Virus record (IMG/VR): IMGVR_UViG_3300032007_000033
Location: 62,001 to 126,000 of that record
Source of the DNA: an uncultured virus (IMG/VR IMGVR_UViG_3300032007_000033)
Taxonomy: Duplodnaviria > Heunggongvirae > Uroviricota > Caudoviricetes
Strand: one strand, 5' to 3'
Length of the DNA: 64,000 bases
Part shown: positions 9,935 to 20,478 of the stretch, in pieces
How positions within the stretch are numbered: position 1 is the first letter of the stretch
How the letters are laid out: every line of letters begins with the position of its first letter
Translations under genes and position numbers: made by a program
The notes under the pieces: model-generated
What the model was told of the DNA's origin: nothing
Database searches by the model: none
The model's input: the letters and a program-made list of their open reading frames with translations, nothing else

Positions 9935-10347
9935 TGAAGGAAGAAAACTCTCAAAACGAACTTCTTAATTCTGTGGAATTCCTCTTTGCCAAGCCTTGTT
10001 TTCAAGGACACTACATGTATGCTATGGACGATTTGGATTCCATGAGCGTCATAGACAAAGATTCTTTAAAAAATCTTTTAGTTCAATTGAAATGCTATGA
10101 TTTCGTTAAAACGAATTATTTGCTAGACAGAAACCTTCCATTGTTTTTCAACGCCAAAGAAAAAAAAATTGAAGAATTTCAAGACATCAATGAACTTGAC
10201 GAAAAGACGCTTAAAAAAATGTTGCATGATGAATTGAATTTAAATTCGAAACTGCAAGAAAAATCAATTTATGAAAAATTCTTTGGCAAGGACAGTGAAT
10301 TCTATAAAAATAAATTCGAGGAGATGTTGAATTATGAGCGTAATTAA
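9934..10347 (+). CDS. hypothetical protein
   Basis: 137-aa ORF. Confidence 0.55.
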   Translation: MKEENSQNELLNSVEFLFAKPCFQGHYMYAMDDLDSMSVIDKDSLKNLLVQLKCYDFVKTNYLLDRNLPLFFNAKEKKIEEFQDINELDEKTLKKMLHDELNLNSKLQEKSIYEKFFGKDSEFYKNKFEEMLNYERN

Positions 10348-10834
10348 CCAATACAAGGCGGTTTATCCGATTGAGAACACGAGATTTGAAAATGAAGATG
10401 TTTACATCAATGCCACATCGATGGAAAAGGCGGTGAACTTGATTTCAACCGAAAGGGGAGCGGAGCCTATCATAATTTCGAAAGTTCGAGATAATGTTCT
10501 CACAGAACCTACAGAAGAAACCATGGTGGAGTTTGAGATAAAGTCATATTACATTGATGAGGAAAGCGGAGAAGAAATCGAAGTTCCAAATTGCGTTGCA
10601 TACCCAACCTCCATTCCGAATTGCGCGAGGGGAAGTACCCTTTATATGCAGACTCCAAATTATTCGTTCGTCGAGGAAATCGAAGGCGAGGAAGTCACCG
10701 TGAATTACGCGTTTGAAAAATGGATTTATGGAGAAATTGAATACGCAAACAATCCGCAGATTTTCACAATTCCGTTGGATGAAGAAATAAGTTCGGTTAG
10801 CATAAAGGCCATTTATACTAGAACTACAAACTAA
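10334..10834 (+). CDS. acidic hypothetical protein, possible beta-sandwich/virion protein
   Basis: 166-aa ORF overlapping the previous stop; YAFEKW motif. Confidence 0.5.
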   Translation: MSVINQYKAVYPIENTRFENEDVYINATSMEKAVNLISTERGAEPIIISKVRDNVLTEPTEETMVEFEIKSYYIDEESGEEIEVPNCVAYPTSIPNCARGSTLYMQTPNYSFVEEIEGEEVTVNYAFEKWIYGEIEYANNPQIFTIPLDEEISSVSIKAIYTRTTN

Positions 10835-11600
10835 AAATGTCCTTTCGGTATTCTTCGATTCTCTTTTTTGCAATTTCGAAATAATTTTCGTCTTTCTCTA
10901 TTCCAATGAATTTTCGTTTCATTATGAGGGAGGCGACGCATGTGGAACCGCTTCCAAGACAGTTGTCCAAAACGACATCACCTTCCTTAGTGTAAAAGCC
11001 AATCAACTTTTTCAACAATTCTATCGGCTTTTGGGTCGGATGGAATTTTTCGGAATCCCTCTTGCATTTCAATATGTTGCTCGGAACATTGGAATGCGAC
11101 ACATATTCCTTATTGGAGTTCAACTTGTTGTTCAAACCGTCATACCCGCTATTCTTTCTAAATTTGGAGTTGGGATTGTTCCTTTTCATCTTTCCTTCTT
11201 CCCTTTCGATGAAAAATTTTATAGGATTCTTGCTCAAACTTCCGACAGTTGCCTTCGAGAACACGCAGATGTCCTCCGTTTTCTTCAAAGGGGCGTATGC
11301 GGAATTCAAGAATCCGTTGGCCGACTCCTTCTCCCATATCCAATTATATCGCCATTCCTCCAAATTTGAGCAAATCAAAGTCGAGGTGAACGGTTGGGTC
11401 GCAAACAAGACGACCACTCCATCATCCTTCACGATTCTATGATAATGTTCCCACAATTTATTATAAGGAATGATTGAATCCCATTTGTGGGCAGTGGTTC
11501 CAAAAGGCAAGTCGCACAAAACCAAGTCAACTGAACCGCTTTCAATTCCGTTCATCACTTCAAGGCAATCACCCTTGAATAATTCGAAGGGTTCGCTCAT
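10824..11600 (-). CDS. DNA methyltransferase (N6/N4, beta class)
   Basis: CDLPF, HPTQKP, VLDNCLGSGST, FIGIEKD. Confidence 0.9.
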   Translation of the reverse strand: MSEPFELFKGDCLEVMNGIESGSVDLVLCDLPFGTTAHKWDSIIPYNKLWEHYHRIVKDDGVVVLFATQPFTSTLICSNLEEWRYNWIWEKESANGFLNSAYAPLKKTEDICVFSKATVGSLSKNPIKFFIEREEGKMKRNNPNSKFRKNSGYDGLNNKLNSNKEYVSHSNVPSNILKCKRDSEKFHPTQKPIELLKKLIGFYTKEGDVVLDNCLGSGSTCVASLIMKRKFIGIEKDENYFEIAKKRIEEYRKDIFSL

Positions 11601-13045
11601 TGTCCGAACATCTCCTCATAAACGCTCTCAGAGTATTCATTATTTTTTACATAATTCAAACTTTCTTCAGTAGCGTGAATATCTTTCATTTGAATAGGTT
11701 TTGCTAACCCGAAATCCTTGATAGAACGGAATCTACTTAAAGCAACATACAAACCATTATCTGGAACCCAATTACCATAGTCTATATATGCTCTTGCAAG
11801 TGTAAGTCCCTGTGTCTTATGTATAGTAGACGCACTACAAACTTTAATCGGTATGTTATCATATGAACCTACAATCTTACTCTTTACAACCGTATGTCCA
11901 TTTTCTTCTACGAGTTCATATTCATAATTATTTATAACCGCCCTTTCAACTTTAACTTCTCTATCACCTAAATCGACAATAGCGTAATCATCGTTACAAG
12001 AAATCAGTGTTCCCATACTACCGTTATAATAATCACGAATTCCTTCTCCATTAATCGAAGCGTTTCTCGTTATCATTATCGGGCAACCAATCTTCACCCA
12101 AATCTTTTCAGCGTAAAATCCGTTCTTAAATTCAGCGGTTTCCCTAAATGTTCCTGTAATTTTTGCAGTTAAACAAATGAACTTTCCATCGATAGCGTCC
12201 AAAGCAATCTGATTATATTTCTGTACATCTTTATTAGTAGACACAATTCTCAAGAAAGATTCATTCTGCATAATATAATCTTCTTCACTCATGACACGCT
12301 GATTAAGCCAGTCCAAATCATCTTGAGTCTGTTCACATACACGAATTCTGTTCAAAACATCCTTAAATCTCTCATCGGTATCGTTCTGACGATATATTTT
12401 TGTAAGCAAGAATGTGGCAAATCCCATATCTCTAAATGCAAATGAAGAAAAGAATTCTACATTTCCATTGTAGTTTATCATATAATAATCTTTTACTTGT
12501 GGGTCGTCCATTTTTACAACACATTGAAGTTGCAAGCAGTCTCCGAACAAAATAACTCTTGTTGGTTTTCCTCTTCGACATACACGAATAATGGACATTA
12601 TATAATCGAACATATCACAACTGACCATAGAAACTTCATCAAAAATAAAGCAATCAATGTTTCCAATCAAATCTTTTTGTGAATAAGAAGAGTTTGTAAA
12701 TGCACCGAAAATGTCAGTTGGTTTTAATTTAAATAAACTGTGAATTGTAGTAGCACCAAGATTACTTCCGTTATTCAACAAAGCACTTGCGACACCTGTA
12801 GAAGAAGCAATTGCAACATTCATTCTCTTGTTTTCAACATCGTCAGAAAACATACAATTAATGATTTTAAGTAATGTACTTTTACCACTTCCTGCATTTC
12901 CTTGTATGCTTACTTTGGCATTATCATTTTCTCTTATATATTTCAGAATTTCCATGTATTTGTCTGAAAATTCAATACCGTCAAAATGTTCCTTCAATTC
13001 TTCGATAGATTTCATTTTGTTCTTCCATTTATAAAAAATCCGCAA
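11597..13045 (-). CDS. PIF1/RecD-like SF1B helicase
   Basis: GNAGSGKS, TIHSLF, DEVSM, GDCLQL, YRQ, TIHKTQGLT, YVALSR. Confidence 0.9.
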   Translation of the reverse strand: MRIFYKWKNKMKSIEELKEHFDGIEFSDKYMEILKYIRENDNAKVSIQGNAGSGKSTLLKIINCMFSDDVENKRMNVAIASSTGVASALLNNGSNLGATTIHSLFKLKPTDIFGAFTNSSYSQKDLIGNIDCFIFDEVSMVSCDMFDYIMSIIRVCRRGKPTRVILFGDCLQLQCVVKMDDPQVKDYYMINYNGNVEFFSSFAFRDMGFATFLLTKIYRQNDTDERFKDVLNRIRVCEQTQDDLDWLNQRVMSEEDYIMQNESFLRIVSTNKDVQKYNQIALDAIDGKFICLTAKITGTFRETAEFKNGFYAEKIWVKIGCPIMITRNASINGEGIRDYYNGSMGTLISCNDDYAIVDLGDREVKVERAVINNYEYELVEENGHTVVKSKIVGSYDNIPIKVCSASTIHKTQGLTLARAYIDYGNWVPDNGLYVALSRFRSIKDFGLAKPIQMKDIHATEESLNYVKNNEYSESVYEEMFGQ

Positions 13046-13103
13046 GAAAAACTCTCGCGGATTGTAGTTTACAGACTTTCGTTAGATTTGTCTAGCCTTT
13101 TTC

Positions 13104-13769
13104 TTAAAATTGTTCAGTTACTTCTCTAATAGCGTCTGTGATGAACTCTTCCAAATCATCGGCATCTTCCTGCAAAAGAACAGTATTAGACTTGTAATCT
13201 TTTACTAAAGCATGTCCATATTCATCTTGTACTGTCATAGAAACTGTAAGTTCAATTCCTTCATCAGTTTCCTCAAGTTCACAATAAACATCAGTGTACA
13301 AATCTGTTCCTTCCATATCCATTTCGTATTCTGAAAGTTCTTCGGCTAAATCACTTGCTCCCATATCATACAAATCATTATAATTCAACTTTTCATCATC
13401 TTTATCTGTAATTCCAAGTTCAATAAGTTCATCTTTGTTTTCATCCCAAAGTCTTTCTCTTGCCGATTCCATGTTCATATCAATAATATCATCGATGAGT
13501 TTTGCAGTCTTTTTATTACTTGGTCTTTCTCCACTAGACCAAAAATATGTAGGAAGTGTGATATAATCTATATCAACATTACCATTAGAAGTGATTCTTG
13601 CACGACCTTTGTTGTCATAAAGAATCATTCCATCACGCACATCAAACAAATCAGAATTATACGATTCAGGGTTTTCCAAGATACTCACGATTGTATCTCT
13701 TACCAACTGTTCAAATCCTACTGTACGATATTCTTTTAATGATTTTTTGCTTTCCATAATTTCCTCCAA
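13104..13769 (-). CDS. acidic protein, probable internal head protein
   Basis: N-terminal ESKKSLKE motif shared with other ORFs. Confidence 0.5.
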   Translation of the reverse strand: MEEIMESKKSLKEYRTVGFEQLVRDTIVSILENPESYNSDLFDVRDGMILYDNKGRARITSNGNVDIDYITLPTYFWSSGERPSNKKTAKLIDDIIDMNMESARERLWDENKDELIELGITDKDDEKLNYNDLYDMGASDLAEELSEYEMDMEGTDLYTDVYCELEETDEGIELTVSMTVQDEYGHALVKDYKSNTVLLQEDADDLEEFITDAIREVTEQF

Positions 13770-13770
13770 A

Positions 13771-15003
13771 TTACATTAAATCAAATCCTATTTCTTTGGC
13801 GTCCTCGAAAGAAACATCGTGAACTCCGACTTCATAAATGTGGGCGCTCAAACGAGCGTTGTAAAGGATAATTTCGTCTTTCTTCCAAGCCTCGATTTCG
13901 TCCTTTGTCGGCTCGTCGCCGTTCTTGTTCTGCATGCAATCAGATACTATTTCAGAATATCCGTTGTGGTCGCCGAACATATAGTCCTTGGGGTCATCGG
14001 AGAATCCGAAATAAGAGAATTCCTTCATCAATTCCTTGAGCGTGTACTTCTTGTTCATGCCCAAATCATAAGCGTTGACGAACTTTCCTTCGCCATCCTC
14101 ATAAGAATCCTCGTAAACGGAAATGTCGCCTTCAACCGCAAACAAAGTGTCCTTGTCCAAGGCTTCCTTCAATGATTTCTTGCCTTCATTGAGTTTTTCG
14201 TATCCGTCCTTTTTCAATATTTTTTCGAGTTCATAATCTCCCAAATGGGCGGTGTCTCCCTTTTTGCTTCCGAAAGCGTCGTCATCCAACAACTCAAACT
14301 CGATAGTTTCGTAAGTGTCTCCATCATATTTTTCTTTGCCGATGATTTTGATTCTTAATCCGTCTTTGTTGGCGAATACATCTCCGATTTTAAAAGACAT
14401 TTTCTTTTCCGTGATTTTCTTTCCTTCCTCGAACAAGTAATCCTTCCAATTCTCGTCGTTAAACAACACATAGTCAGGATTCGCGTCAATCACATCTTGG
14501 GTGAAGAAAACGGTGTCGCCGTAGTTCTCCTCCGCATAGTCCAACGCGTCTTCCATAGTGTCGAATTCTTCAAGCAACACATAAGGTTTTTTGAGTTCGT
14601 GTCCGCTGATAAACAACTCGTAGTAGCCAGCGTACAGATAATATTTCTTCAATTTCTTCGCCATAACTTTATTCTCCTTTTTAGATTCATTATAATCACT
14701 AGTGTTCGGAAACGAAATTGTTATCTGCTTCGCATTCCAATCAATCTTTGTTCCGAAATCCATGTTGTGGAACAACACTCCGTTTTCGCTAAAGAGATAG
14801 TCGTCCAAGTCTCCGCTCTTGACCTTCTTCAAGTCCTTTCCTTCGCATTGAAATGTGTATTTCACATCCAATCCCTTTCCGAGTCCGTTGTCCGTTATTT
14901 TGACATCAAATCCTTTTTCGTCAAAGAAAGACTCAATGTCTTTTTGAATCAAATCGGCGGTCAAAATGTCGTATTTTATGCCTTTTTCAACTAGTCTTTT
15001 CAT
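13771..15003 (-). CDS. multi-domain probable internal head (poly)protein
   Basis: Domains separated by NESKK/EEGKKITE/NEGKKSLKE linkers; upstream YAACTAT motif. Confidence 0.5.
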   Translation of the reverse strand: MKRLVEKGIKYDILTADLIQKDIESFFDEKGFDVKITDNGLGKGLDVKYTFQCEGKDLKKVKSGDLDDYLFSENGVLFHNMDFGTKIDWNAKQITISFPNTSDYNESKKENKVMAKKLKKYYLYAGYYELFISGHELKKPYVLLEEFDTMEDALDYAEENYGDTVFFTQDVIDANPDYVLFNDENWKDYLFEEGKKITEKKMSFKIGDVFANKDGLRIKIIGKEKYDGDTYETIEFELLDDDAFGSKKGDTAHLGDYELEKILKKDGYEKLNEGKKSLKEALDKDTLFAVEGDISVYEDSYEDGEGKFVNAYDLGMNKKYTLKELMKEFSYFGFSDDPKDYMFGDHNGYSEIVSDCMQNKNGDEPTKDEIEAWKKDEIILYNARLSAHIYEVGVHDVSFEDAKEIGFDLM

Positions 15004-15036
15004 AAAAACCTCAAAGAAATTATTTTTATAAAATAG

Positions 15037-15426
15037 TTAAATGTTTCCCTTTAAAATTTCGTTCATCGCTCTTTTCTTCAAGAATTCCTCATTTTGAATC
15101 TTCGTCAGTTCCGCTCGGTCTTTGGAATTCATGTCTGAAACGAAAAGCCAAGAGGCCTCCTCGTCGTAATGGACTTTCTTGTTGAAGTCGGACAAAAAGA
15201 CCTTGTGATTGTCCACTTCGTCCATTCTATCCTTCAAGCCCACGGAAACTTCTTCCTCGTACTTGAACAAAAAGTTGTTGAATTCTTGGATTAACGCGAA
15301 CAAAAGGGCGTAGTTCTCCAATTCCTTGCTTTTATCCTCGTTCTTGGCCTTCGAAACCGCGAAATTGAAGGCTTTTTCAAATTCTCGCTTCGCTCCGTAA
15401 AATGTTTTCGGCAATTCCTTTTCCAT
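15037..15426 (-). CDS. hypothetical protein
   Basis: ORF with GGAGG SD. Confidence 0.55.
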   Translation of the reverse strand: MEKELPKTFYGAKREFEKAFNFAVSKAKNEDKSKELENYALLFALIQEFNNFLFKYEEEVSVGLKDRMDEVDNHKVFLSDFNKKVHYDEEASWLFVSDMNSKDRAELTKIQNEEFLKKRAMNEILKGNI

Positions 15427-15476
15427 GTGATTCCTCCATATTAAAAATCCGCTCGCCTTTAGAGCGGATTAAAAAA

Positions 15477-15680
15477 TCATTTCTTTTCTTCCAAATTCTT
15501 TTGGATTTCATCGGTCTTGTTCTCGTTGGGAACGATTCCGAAGTCCGTTTCGTTCTGTGGTTCGCTCGGAGTTTCGTTCACAGTCTCTTTCTCTCCGTCA
15601 GAGGCGATTACCAACTCGGTTCCTTCCTCCAAGATTTGGCCTTCCAAAATATAGGGCTTCGTCAACTTTATAGTTTTCAT
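15477..15680 (-). CDS. small acidic protein with N-terminal motif shared with the scaffold-like protein
   Basis: MKTIKLTKPYILEGQILEEG; own promoter motif and terminator. Confidence 0.55.
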   Translation of the reverse strand: MKTIKLTKPYILEGQILEEGTELVIASDGEKETVNETPSEPQNETDFGIVPNENKTDEIQKNLEEKK

Positions 15681-15734
15681 CCTTTTCCTCCATAAATTAA
15701 AAAATCGTCCGTTTCAAGCGGACGATTAAAATAG

Positions 15735-16199
15735 TTAAGATTCCGTCTTTTTCTTCACGACAATCACTCGCTTTTTCTCTCCACTAGAAGAAATCGGTTG
15801 GGATTGACCTAGTGAATGCAATTTGTCCAATTGTTGTTGAAGTTGAACTGCCTTGCTTCCAAGTTCGGAGTTCTTCTCCCTAAACTTGTCCAACTTGGCG
15901 GATTGAATTTTAGCCTCTTCAAGCAATCTTTCGATTTCCTTGTCCTTTTCCTTGATTACCTTGTTCAAATGGGGAATTGAATTTTCAGCCTTGGTCGCCC
16001 TTTTTTTCAAAGCGTGAATATATTCCATTCCGTTTCTCTGCAAAATGACCCCAAGAAGAAACAACTTTTGCTCGTCGTTGAAGTTTTCCTCGGACACGAT
16101 TTTGTTGATTGATTCCATCACCTTTCTTGTGTCAATGATGTTTTCACCCAAGCATTCCAAATATTCATCGTATCGCTTTTGAATTTTCAAATCTCCCAT
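15735..16199 (-). CDS. coiled-coil hypothetical protein
   Basis: 154-aa ORF with SD. Confidence 0.55.
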   Translation of the reverse strand: MGDLKIQKRYDEYLECLGENIIDTRKVMESINKIVSEENFNDEQKLFLLGVILQRNGMEYIHALKKRATKAENSIPHLNKVIKEKDKEIERLLEEAKIQSAKLDKFREKNSELGSKAVQLQQQLDKLHSLGQSQPISSSGEKKRVIVVKKKTES

Positions 16200-16213
16200 T
16201 TCATCCTCCGAAT

Positions 16214-16576
16214 TTATCCGTTCTTGACCGCATTCTCAATCTTTTCAGAAAATTTGGTCAAGATTTTTTCAATTGACTTCAAGAATGTTTCATAGCCAAA
16301 CACTGAAAAACCGAAAAGGCTAGCCTCCACGAAAATCATCAAGAACCAATCGATTTTGAAGATGAATTTTAAGGCCACCGAAAATCCACAAGAAAAAAGG
16401 AACGGAAGCCAAACTTTGTAGCCCTTCAAGATATCCTTCTTATCGAACTTTTTCACGATTTCAGTGAACATTATTACGCATAAAATAGAAACGATGTAAA
16501 GAACCGAAAACAACTTTGCGTTTTGCATTAAATATTCCATAAATCCTCCGATAACACAAAACTCCCTCGATTGCAA
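16214..16576 (-). CDS. small 3-TM membrane protein (holin-like)
   Basis: Three hydrophobic segments and a charged C-terminus; probable start at the second Met. Confidence 0.45.
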   Translation of the reverse strand: MQSREFCVIGGFMEYLMQNAKLFSVLYIVSILCVIMFTEIVKKFDKKDILKGYKVWLPFLFSCGFSVALKFIFKIDWFLMIFVEASLFGFSVFGYETFLKSIEKILTKFSEKIENAVKNG

Positions 16577-16589
16577 AACCGAGGGAGTT
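16560..16589. terminator. hairpin / intrinsic terminator after the SSB-like gene
   Basis: AACTCCCTCG/CGAGGGAGTT inverted repeat. Confidence 0.55.
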
Positions 16590-16605
16590 AATGTTTAATT
16601 AAAAA

Positions 16606-17982
16606 TCAACCAAAAATGCTACCGCACTTGGGGCATGATGTGAAAGCGTCCGCTATAGTGCAAGAGCAAGGGCATTCTGCCAAATCAGTTCCTTCCTTGA
16701 AAGTCAATTCTTCTTTTTCGGAATCATACCCTGTAATTAAGGTTCTCTCTTCTTCCGTCAATTTGTCGATGTAAGGGAACACCGATTTCAACGCGAGGGC
16801 GTCAAACTTGGCGGTCTTCACAACCTTCTTCGCTACAGTGGGAGTTGGCTCTTCCACTTCACTAGGAAGTTCGCTAGACATTTCGCTCTCAACTTCAATT
16901 TGCTCTTCCGCAACTTCTTCCTTCGGCTCTTTAGCGACCGCAGTTTCGTTAGAAGCAGTCTCTCCGTTCTTCGCCTTGAGTTCGGCAAGTTCCTTTTCCT
17001 TCCATTCTACGAAAGCGTTGTAAAGGATAGGTTCTCCGTTGTTAAAGTCCATGTCTGTTTGTTTTATTAGGCGAGAAAATTTGCTCAAGAAGAATCCGCA
17101 ATTTGTTGCCCTAGAAATAAAAGGCAAGTCCTCCAACTTGTACATCTCGTAATTTTCCTCTTCGTCGGTCAAATACTCCATTGTGACTTTCGAGGGGTCA
17201 AGTCCAAGATTGCTAATGGCGGTCTTCTGCTCAGGCGTCAAAATGGTGAGGTAAGAGTCGCCCTTCTTTTCCTTCAATCGCATGGCAACGATGTCGAATT
17301 GGTCATACATTCTGTTCAATTCTGTGCACTTGATGTCGAACACTTCGTTATAGAAAGACGGTTTAACTCCGTATGTGAAGTATGTCCTCATCTCTCCGTC
17401 AACTTCCTTTGATGTGGAGTCCCAACACAAAATTTTCGTGTGTTTGTTTTCCTTGCACCAATCATCCGTCTTGTCGATGCAGTTGAACAAGTAGTATGTG
17501 TCAGGTTGCATTCCTTTCTCGATGGCCGTGCACTTTTCCTTCGGCTTTCCGTTTCTCATGAATCTCTCGAAAGACGGCTTGCCGACATTGTCGTAAGTGC
17601 GAGTCTTAGTTTCCTTGTCGTACTTGTATTTTCCGATGATTGTGCGGAACAGTCTGTTGATTGGATGCTCTCGGTCGTCGGACAAAATGACCGTAGCCCA
17701 ATGTCCTTCGTCGTCCACGCACATCGAGCGCTTGACGATGATTGGGTCTGTCGGTTTCTCTCTCATCAACGGTGAATTTCCCATAAGTCGAAGAATCTTT
17801 GGTTTGTCCTTATTTAGGACGCACGCCTTAAATTCAGGCAAGTCTTCTTTTGGGAACGAACTGTGCGAAGCCTTCTCCGCTTCAGCCTTTGCCTTCGCTT
17901 GTTGGAATTTCAACAAACGTTCCTTCGCTTTCTGCTCAGGTGACATCTCTTCCATAATCACTTCTCCTCGTCCGTTATTCAC
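16606..17982 (-). CDS. putative ssDNA-binding protein (gp32-like) with C-terminal zinc ribbon
   Basis: Size, acidic low-complexity region, CPC..CPKCG; replication context. Confidence 0.45.
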   Translation of the reverse strand: MNNGRGEVIMEEMSPEQKAKERLLKFQQAKAKAEAEKASHSSFPKEDLPEFKACVLNKDKPKILRLMGNSPLMREKPTDPIIVKRSMCVDDEGHWATVILSDDREHPINRLFRTIIGKYKYDKETKTRTYDNVGKPSFERFMRNGKPKEKCTAIEKGMQPDTYYLFNCIDKTDDWCKENKHTKILCWDSTSKEVDGEMRTYFTYGVKPSFYNEVFDIKCTELNRMYDQFDIVAMRLKEKKGDSYLTILTPEQKTAISNLGLDPSKVTMEYLTDEEENYEMYKLEDLPFISRATNCGFFLSKFSRLIKQTDMDFNNGEPILYNAFVEWKEKELAELKAKNGETASNETAVAKEPKEEVAEEQIEVESEMSSELPSEVEEPTPTVAKKVVKTAKFDALALKSVFPYIDKLTEEERTLITGYDSEKEELTFKEGTDLAECPCSCTIADAFTSCPKCGSIFG

Positions 17983-18089
17983 GGCACTATAAAAGGTAAT
18001 TTATTTTTCGCTCTACGAGCAAACTCTAATTAAAGAGTGTATAACATAGTTAAATATTTTTGTCAACAAAATTTGAAAAATATTTCAAA

Positions 18090-18518
18090 TTATTTCGACC
18101 CTGTGCTTCCACAACCCCCTCGATTTTCGTTACCCAAAACATCGACAGTTTCAAACTCAATCAGAGGCATTTTCTCCACCAACCTAAATTGGCAAATTCT
18201 GTCGTTTTTCTCAATCACTTCGTCTCTAGTTGCGTAAATCGGCATGAACCACCAGTCATCGTCGCCTTTATAACTTTCATCAATTACACCCATATGGTTG
18301 GTTTGGATTATTCCCCACTTCTTGAAAGTAGACGACCTAGGAACGACATGGGCTTCGTAGCCTTGGGGAAGTTCCATAGCCACTCCGAGAGGAATCAACT
18401 TGAAATCGCCCTTCTTCAACTCGACTCTTTCCGCGCTATGCAAGTCAATCCAGTCGCCTTTTTCTATCTTTTCAAGATGTGCGATTGAATCGTTAAGATA
18501 TTTAATTTTGATTTTCAT
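18090..18518 (-). CDS. dut: trimeric dUTPase
   Basis: [32 protein letters not shown]. Confidence 0.93.
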   Translation of the reverse strand: MKIKIKYLNDSIAHLEKIEKGDWIDLHSAERVELKKGDFKLIPLGVAMELPQGYEAHVVPRSSTFKKWGIIQTNHMGVIDESYKGDDDWWFMPIYATRDEVIEKNDRICQFRLVEKMPLIEFETVDVLGNENRGGCGSTGSK

Positions 18519-18534
18519 TCATTTCCTCCATATT

Positions 18535-18843
18535 TTATCCGCAATATTCGTTATCATACCATATCCCGTCACTCAATTCAAACAATCTAGCAATTTGAAC
18601 GCAATCGGAATTTCCGTAGCCTTTCTTCAACTCCGACAAAAATTCATCATATGAGATGTTCGGTTTGCCATAAATCTCTTCGTTTTTAATAAAATCGTTA
18701 TAAGCGGATTCATAGTCGTCCGCTATTTTCACGATTTCTTGATTTTCAATCATGCTCTCGAAGTCTTCGTCATATTCATAGCCTTTGAAAATCACCCTCA
18801 ATTTCGTCAAATCATTTTCGTTAAATTTCATAATCAACTCCAA
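18535..18843 (-). CDS. hypothetical acidic protein
   Basis: ORF in operon. Confidence 0.5.
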   Translation of the reverse strand: MELIMKFNENDLTKLRVIFKGYEYDEDFESMIENQEIVKIADDYESAYNDFIKNEEIYGKPNISYDEFLSELKKGYGNSDCVQIARLFELSDGIWYDNEYCG

Positions 18844-19612
18844 ATGTCAAAAGAATCATTCTCCTTGGCTTCGCTCGATTTCCCAATCACAAACAACTTT
18901 TCCACCGCAACATCCCCTTTCTCTCTGTCAGATTTTTGTAACACCATTCTTTCTTTGCTCCAAACACACTTGAAGTCGGAAGGCATGTAATATTCCGATA
19001 CGAACACCCAATTGTTCTTTCCTAACTCCTTGCACCAACGATAAAACTTTTCATAATCGAACTTGTTTTCATACTCTTTGGTGTTGTAATACGGAGGGTC
19101 GAGATAAAACAAAGCGTTTTTAAAATCATTCGGATTATAACTGTCAAACGATTTCGCGTCAAATTCTATTTCTTTTAAAAGTATGGCTTGCTCTTTGGCA
19201 TTTCTTAACCTTTCATTGTAAATACATCTTCCGCCTTTGGAATCTCGCCCATACCCGCCTTGGAAATACCTTCCACCAAAACTAGCGAAATAACCGATTC
19301 CGCTCGTATAAACCACAGAATACTTGTTCGTCTTGTTCTTTCTGTTTTCCCTCACATCGGAATAATGTTCAAAAGAACAATCTTGAGGAAAAATATCAAG
19401 ATTAGGATTATCTCTCATATATTTTAAGAGTTCAATCAATTCTGAATTTATATCTGAACCAATTCGATTCTTGCATCGAATATGGTCTATCATGTTGCCC
19501 CCCCCCCCACGAAAGGCTCGATATATGTTTTAACATGATTTTTGTCTATGCAATTCTGCAAAATCGGCAAAATCCATTTTCTCAACTTCGCCTTGCTTCC
19601 TTGGTACACCAT
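18834..19612 (-). CDS. Dam/D12-class adenine methyltransferase interrupted by a frameshift in a G11 tract
   Basis: N-terminus MVYQGSK...EPFVGGG from ATG 19612 (SD GGAGG) continues in another frame as MIDH...GSDIN...YLDPPY; C11 at 19498-19508. Confidence 0.85.
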
Positions 19613-19618
19613 ATATCG

Positions 19619-20452
19619 TTAGTCCTCCCAAATATTCTTCATTTTCTGCTCAATCTCTTCCTTAGTTATGTAGTTCGAGAACTTGTCCTTGAATTCAAAC
19701 ATTCCATATCGACACTCGCGCTCAAGCATATCACCGAACAACTCTCCGAACTTGCTAGCCTTTTGCCCCTCCATCGAGTCGTTGGAAATGAACCATGTGC
19801 TTTTGCGAACCACCTCTAGTCGGTCTTTTAGCCAAACAATCAAGAGCCTTTCCTTGTAACCGCTTGCCCACAAACAACATCTGTTTTCCTCGAATTCATC
19901 GATTACCAAAACATCAACATTTTTGATATAGTCCAACTTTTCCCTCAATTCGTCGTCTCGCTCCGAGTCGTGCAACAAAGAAATCAAGTCCTTGGCGAAG
20001 ATGTAATGAACGCTCTTCCCCTTACAAGCGAGTTTGGCAAGCATCCCTTTCAATGTGTACGATTTTTGAGTTCCTTGCCCTCCCCACACATAGCAGTGAA
20101 GGCGGTCGAATGGCTTATTTGGATTGTCGAACTCGTCCACATATTTGCGTAATTTTTTAATGTTTCCGCCTTCATCCTCGCCTCGATAGTCAGACCAATC
20201 GAAATCCATCAACTTTTTGAAGTCTTCGTAATTCGAGTTCTCGTCCAACAGGCCGCTCTTGCACAAGATGCCGCTAGCCTTGAGTTCGTACTCATATTTC
20301 TTTCTGCAATTGCATTTTGTGGCAATATTACTTGCTATAATAAATCCATTCGAGTCACAGTTATCACATTTATATAAATTAAATTCTCCTAATATTCCCA
20401 TATAATTCTCACATTTGTTAAAAAAATAAACCCTAGTACAAAATAATAGCAA
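19619..20452 (-). CDS. DnaC/IstB-like AAA+ ATPase (helicase loader)
   Basis: CxxC..CxC, degenerate Walker A GGQGTQKS, Walker B VLVIDE, FISN. Confidence 0.7.
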   Translation of the reverse strand: MLLFCTRVYFFNKCENYMGILGEFNLYKCDNCDSNGFIIASNIATKCNCRKKYEYELKASGILCKSGLLDENSNYEDFKKLMDFDWSDYRGEDEGGNIKKLRKYVDEFDNPNKPFDRLHCYVWGGQGTQKSYTLKGMLAKLACKGKSVHYIFAKDLISLLHDSERDDELREKLDYIKNVDVLVIDEFEENRCCLWASGYKERLLIVWLKDRLEVVRKSTWFISNDSMEGQKASKFGELFGDMLERECRYGMFEFKDKFSNYITKEEIEQKMKNIWED

Positions 20453-20478
20453 AATATTAAAAATCTGTCAAGCCTTTT

